From Promethearchaeota archaeon (GTDB lineage Archaea; Asgardarchaeota; Lokiarchaeia; Sigyniarchaeales; SOKP01), in the NCBI GenBank assembly GCA_019057795.1, contig JAHLWS010000060.1, positions 15,432-79,431 of the forward strand: a DNA stretch of 64,000 nucleotides, in the 5' to 3' direction. A model generated the notes under the pieces. It saw only the letters and a program-made list of their open reading frames with translations, did not search any database and was not told the origin of the DNA. Numbering within the stretch: position 1 is the first letter of the stretch; each line of letters begins with the position of its first letter. A program made the position numbers and the translations under genes. Below, in pieces: positions 59,621-64,000 of the stretch.

Positions 59621-60247
59621 ATGAAAGACCTAATAAAGTCAATTGAATCCTTAAAAAATAGCGATATATCAAATGTCATAGATACTCGCATTAAGCAATT
59701 TATTTCTGTTAAAAAGAAAGGAATTTCTGAAATATTTAAAGAACTATGTTTTTGCATAATGACAGCTAATTGTGGGGCAGAGAAATGTATCGAAGTAAAC
59801 GATCAAATAGATAAAGGATTCTTGAATCTGTCGAAAGAAGAATTAGTTAACAAATTTAAAGAATTTGGTTATCGCTTTCCAAATATTAGAGCAAAGTATA
59901 TTGTGGACGCTCGAAACTATATCTCCGAGTTAGAAAGCATAATAAATTCTAATTTAGATGAAATTAAATTAAGAGAATGGGTTGTAAAAAACGTTAAAGG
60001 TTTAGGATATAAAGAAGCGAGTCATTTTTTACGAAACATAGGTTATAAAAACTTAGCAATAATTGACTTCCATATCGTTGATCTTTTAGTGAAATACGAT
60101 TTAATAGATAAACCTAAATCTATGACCAAAAAGAAATATTTAGAAATTGAGAATGTTCTCAAACAAATTGGAAGAGAATTACATCTGGATATGGCCAAGT
60201 TAGATCTATATTTATGGTATAAAGAAACAGGAAAAGTGCTAAAATAA
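59621..60247 (+). CDS. ogg: 8-oxoguanine DNA glycosylase/AP lyase (archaeal Ogg2 type)
   Basis: ELCFCIMTAN, YRFPNIRA, VKGLGYKEASHFLRNIG, IIDFH, C-terminal TGKVLK. Confidence 0.93.
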   Translation: MKDLIKSIESLKNSDISNVIDTRIKQFISVKKKGISEIFKELCFCIMTANCGAEKCIEVNDQIDKGFLNLSKEELVNKFKEFGYRFPNIRAKYIVDARNYISELESIINSNLDEIKLREWVVKNVKGLGYKEASHFLRNIGYKNLAIIDFHIVDLLVKYDLIDKPKSMTKKKYLEIENVLKQIGRELHLDMAKLDLYLWYKETGKVLK

Positions 60248-60255
60248 ACTTCAAA

Positions 60256-60528
60256 TTACTCTATTAAATTATCTAAAGGTAAATCTAAATCTATTTCAGC
60301 GTTCTTCAGCATCTTCATAAATTCAATGGTTCCAAGCTCATTTATCATTAATTCCAGCAAATTCTGGTATAGAGCTTCCAAATTATCTTGTCCAATTTGA
60401 AAATAGATGTTCTCTTGAGATAGATTAATCTTTAAAACTTCATAAAGCCCTTGAATGCATTCCTTAATATTTTCAAAATTAGTTATTGCTTGTTTCGTCG
60501 ATTCGAATACTTCATCTATATTTTCCAT
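60256..60528 (-). CDS. Small helical hypothetical protein, paralog of 6162..6431
   Basis: Shared motifs with the 6162 protein; GAGGT upstream. Confidence 0.75.
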   Translation of the reverse strand: MENIDEVFESTKQAITNFENIKECIQGLYEVLKINLSQENIYFQIGQDNLEALYQNLLELMINELGTIEFMKMLKNAEIDLDLPLDNLIE

Positions 60529-60756
60529 TTTTTATCCTTACCTCTAATATGGGATAAAAATTTTACATTTAAAAATTTCGGGATATTTAAAGAATTGTGT
60601 GATCAAGCAACAAACCAACTAAAATTATAAATTTTTTATTAAAACTTTAAAACTCAAATATAAATAGATTTAATTTTTTTACTTATTTAATTCACAAAGA
60701 ATTGACTTTTTGAATAAACATCAACTTTTATCGTAATTAATCAACTCTAAACACTT

Positions 60757-61812
60757 ATGAATGTGCAAAAGGGATTAATAAACGCAATTGTTTACACAGA
60801 GATACACGACGCGTTAGGACCAAATCCTATTTATTGGTATCCTTCTAGTTTACCAGAAAACATTAGAATGCTAATTGGAATTAAAACAGTTACAATCCTT
60901 ACAGGAGATCAAGGAATCACACCAGAATCTCTCTTTATTATCCCATTTCCATCTTTAAGGTTAAAAGGGTTAATAAGATATATTGAAAGGGAAGATGAAA
61001 CCCGAAGAGGGGGGTACGCTAGGTCAGCTATTACTTTCTTGTTTAAAGAAGAGGACGATGTTATTTTCTATAAATATATGGTTTACATTAAAGCCCCTTT
61101 CAACGAAGCAGCGAGAAAAATTATAGAATTAGAAAACCAACAGGCTGATAGTGAAAGAATTTTTGAAGAGATAAAATTATTAGGAGATAGCATTAGTAAG
61201 CTACTCGAAGATTATAGAAGTAAAGAGATTTCTCCACTCTCTAGTGAAGAATTTCCCGAACATAGAGATAAAAAAATAGAAAAAGTTAAGTTTAAACTCA
61301 AATTAGTTGTTGTAGGAGACCCTGGGGTAGGAAAAACATCAACAATTCTACGATTTTCCGATAATGCATTTCTTAGAACTTACATTCCTACCATGGGAGT
61401 TAATATCACGGAGAAAAGCTTTCGCGTTAAAAAAGACGTCCTTGAAGTGATATTATGGGATATAGCAGGGCAATCAAAATTCCAAACGATGAGAAGACAC
61501 TTTTATCAAGGCTCAGAAGCTATTATACTTATTTTTGATTTAACAAATCCATTAACTTTTAGAAGTATAAAGAATTGGTACGATGATGTAATAAAGAATA
61601 TGGATAAGCAGCCTAAAATGATAGGTTATATTTTTGGAAACAAAAGCGATTTGGTAGACGAAAGAAAAGTTCAAGAAAGCGAAGGGTTAGCATTAGCTAA
61701 AGAGTTAAATCTGGAATACATAGAAACCAGCGCTTTGACAGGAAATAACATTGAAAACGCTTTTTATAAAATAGCAGAAGCAGTAATTGATACGCATTTA
61801 GAAGAAACTTAA
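60757..61812 (+). CDS. Longin/uDENN-like + Rab-like GTPase fusion
   Basis: YTEIHDALGPNP, DETRRGG; GDPGVGKT, PTMGV, WDIAGQ, NKSD, TSA. Confidence 0.88.
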   Translation: MNVQKGLINAIVYTEIHDALGPNPIYWYPSSLPENIRMLIGIKTVTILTGDQGITPESLFIIPFPSLRLKGLIRYIEREDETRRGGYARSAITFLFKEEDDVIFYKYMVYIKAPFNEAARKIIELENQQADSERIFEEIKLLGDSISKLLEDYRSKEISPLSSEEFPEHRDKKIEKVKFKLKLVVVGDPGVGKTSTILRFSDNAFLRTYIPTMGVNITEKSFRVKKDVLEVILWDIAGQSKFQTMRRHFYQGSEAIILIFDLTNPLTFRSIKNWYDDVIKNMDKQPKMIGYIFGNKSDLVDERKVQESEGLALAKELNLEYIETSALTGNNIENAFYKIAEAVIDTHLEET

Positions 61813-61823
61813 AGGTAATAAAT

Positions 61824-62399
61824 ATGAATATTGAAGAAGCGATATATAAAAGAAGAACTATAAGAAGATTTAAACAAGATCCAATATCAATTGAAACCCT
61901 AAAAAAATTAATAGATTTTGCTCGAGTTGCTCCAATGGCCCGAAATGTTCAAGGTCTCGAGTTTGTTATAGTTGAAAATAGTGAAACAAGAAAAAAATTA
62001 TTTAAATTAATTAAATTTGCCGGTTCTTTACCTGAAGACCAGCGAACTCCAGAATCCGGAAGGGAACCTACAGCGTACATAATAGTACTTGTTAATACAG
62101 AAATTAAACCCTCATTTTTTGATTTTGATGTTGGAGCAGCGGTAGAAAATATATTATTAGGTGCAGTTAAATATGGAATAGGGAGTTGTTGGATGGCTAA
62201 CATTAAAGTCAGAAAAATTAAAACCTTATTTGAGGTTCCAGATCAATATCAAGTTAAACACGTAATCAGCTTAGGATACCCTGATGAAGAATCATTCATG
62301 GAACCTTATGAAGATTCATATAAATATTGGAAAAATCCCGATGGTACTATGCATGTCCCAAAAAGAGATTTAGATGATATAATTTTCAAAATATATTAA
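61824..62399 (+). CDS. Nitroreductase family protein
   Basis: RRTIRRF, AP.A.N.Q, DVGAAVENILL.A...GIGSCW, LGYP. Confidence 0.92.
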   Translation: MNIEEAIYKRRTIRRFKQDPISIETLKKLIDFARVAPMARNVQGLEFVIVENSETRKKLFKLIKFAGSLPEDQRTPESGREPTAYIIVLVNTEIKPSFFDFDVGAAVENILLGAVKYGIGSCWMANIKVRKIKTLFEVPDQYQVKHVISLGYPDEESFMEPYEDSYKYWKNPDGTMHVPKRDLDDIIFKIY

Positions 62400-62514
62400 A
62401 TAGAGAGAAAAAAGTAAGAAATAAGGAGTCATAGCTAACTTAGAAAAATCTTTTAATAATATCAACAAAATTAAACGTAATTATTTTAAGCTCCTTTATT
62501 GATACTTTGCTGCT

Positions 62515-63093
62515 CTAGAGTTGTTTTTTCTTATATTTATTATGTAATTCAGTAATTATAGCGTGAAATGCTGGAGTGACTCCTTTACCTGTTTTTGCAG
62601 ATGTTCTATAGTATCCAAGAAATTTTCTTTTATTTACTAATTTCAAAATATTTGCCTTATCTAAACTCTCTTCATCAACCAAATCAACCTTATTTCCAAA
62701 CACTATTATAGGAATATCTCCACAATACTGTTTGATATCATTGTGCCAATTAGTAATATGTTTAAAGCTTTCTCTACCAAGCTCATTTTCTTCAAGAGAA
62801 TATACAATAATAGCTGCTCTACTATCTTTAAAAAACGATGGTCGTAAGAAATGGAACTCATCCTGGCCAGCTATATCCCAGAAGAACAACGTGATTTCAT
62901 CTTTATCTATTATATCATTATATTTTGAAAATTGTGCTCCTATGGTTTTGATGTAATCTTCTTTAAAAGAGCCCTTTGTGAATTTTTTAATTAGAGAAGT
63001 CTTACCTACCGCGCCATCGCCGATAATCGTAATTTTAAAAACATATCTAACTTTCGTATCTTTCATTGAATTTACCTTTATAGTTTGAATCAA
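62515..63093 (-). CDS. Rab-like small GTPase
   Basis: GDGAVGKT, TIGAQF, WDIAGQ, NKVD, TSAKTG; basic C-terminus with no Cys. Confidence 0.92.
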   Translation of the reverse strand: MIQTIKVNSMKDTKVRYVFKITIIGDGAVGKTSLIKKFTKGSFKEDYIKTIGAQFSKYNDIIDKDEITLFFWDIAGQDEFHFLRPSFFKDSRAAIIVYSLEENELGRESFKHITNWHNDIKQYCGDIPIIVFGNKVDLVDEESLDKANILKLVNKRKFLGYYRTSAKTGKGVTPAFHAIITELHNKYKKKQL

Positions 63094-63287
63094 ATTCTAT
63101 ACTAATGAAACATAAGCATTTTTTTTTATATAAAATTTTCTTTATATTTTATTTATTAGATAAGTTTTATTTTATTGGAATAATTTACGGAGAAAAATAG
63201 GAAATAAAATGTGTTTTTTACATATGAATTTATAAAAAAAGCTAAATAAATTAAAATAAAAATAAAAGAAATTAAAGAGGGTTCAAA

Positions 63288-63893
63288 ATGGAAACAAAAA
63301 CAGAACAAAAAATGGAAATATTATTCGGGTTTTTTGGCACCTTAATAGCTAGTATCTTAATAATATTAGCAGCCTCTATTACTCCAGGTTATACTCCATT
63401 GGAAGACACGGTTAGTTCATTAGGTTATGGAACAGCAAAATCATTGTTTAGTATCGGTTTTGTCATCGCGGGTTCTTTAAGTATTCCTTTTTATCTCTAT
63501 CTGCAAAGGGAATTGATAAATATTAATGAAAAAATTAGAAAATTAGCTACAGGAGTGTCAATATTCTCCAGTGTTAGTATTGCCTTAGTTGGAATAATCC
63601 CAGATGAAACTTATATAGATGCTTTTTTAGCGTTTCATTCATTCGTAGCATATATTAGTTTTACTGGAACTTGTCTCTATATTGGTCTATATAGTTTTTT
63701 AATGTACAAGGGTCCCACAGCAACATCATATGCAGGCCCCATATTTAAAAGATATCTTGCTTATTTTGGTTTTTTCATTGATATTTGTTTCATTCTTCTT
63801 GTAATAACTGTAGCTCCGTTAATAGAATGGATTGTAACAATTTCAATAATAATATGGATTTTAAAAGACTGTTCGATTTTTATTTGGTTATAA
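63288..63893 (+). CDS. DUF998-like membrane protein
   Basis: PGYTPLEDTVSSLG, LVGIIP, H..VA, EW; about 5 TM segments. Confidence 0.75.
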   Translation: METKTEQKMEILFGFFGTLIASILIILAASITPGYTPLEDTVSSLGYGTAKSLFSIGFVIAGSLSIPFYLYLQRELININEKIRKLATGVSIFSSVSIALVGIIPDETYIDAFLAFHSFVAYISFTGTCLYIGLYSFLMYKGPTATSYAGPIFKRYLAYFGFFIDICFILLVITVAPLIEWIVTISIIIWILKDCSIFIWL

Positions 63894-64000
63894 AATATTT
63901 TATTCCATATTAATAAATCGATTCCAATTAGAGAAAATATCAATTTGTTATTAGTCTAAGGCAATCCTTTTTATTATTTTACCCTTTTTTTCAAATGGGA

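Noticed and set aside
578-63943. Many short ORFs antisense to or nested in long genes (e.g. 578..772, 2682..3014, 9388..9639, 25395..25664, 49182..49508, 62732..62956)
   Set aside because: Shadow ORFs overlapping well-supported genes, with no recognisable motifs

Overview
AT-rich (roughly 30% GC by eye) archaeal DNA, almost certainly from an Asgard archaeon (Lokiarchaeia-like). It holds six Ras-superfamily small GTPases (Rab-like and Rag/Arf-like), several longin and Roadblock domains, a single-domain gelsolin, an archaeal eL13, an MtrH-family protein, a geranylgeranyl reductase, an archaeal Ogg and an intron-containing tRNA-Pro(CGG). Metabolic genes include an ADP-forming acetate-CoA ligase, a complete acxABC acetone-carboxylase-like operon, PEP synthase, a GH32 and a sulfatase-like enzyme. 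Three observations stand out. (1) GTPases are fused to an N-terminal longin/uDENN domain of the FLCN/SMCR8/NPRL2 type. One carries a D-x-x-A-R-G arginine-finger motif and its closest paralog lacks it, suggesting a fused ancestral Rag plus Rag-GAP system. (2) A single-pass CUB/Ig surface protein has a cytoplasmic longin-wHTH tail. (3) A tandem array of beta-helix surface proteins with IPGY-TM-basic sorting tails is delimited by three copies of a 13-bp direct repeat, has near-identical flanks but divergent cores, and lies about 10 kb from an archaeosortase/exosortase. Several rearrangement scars are also visible. All family calls come from motif recognition by eye, without database searches.
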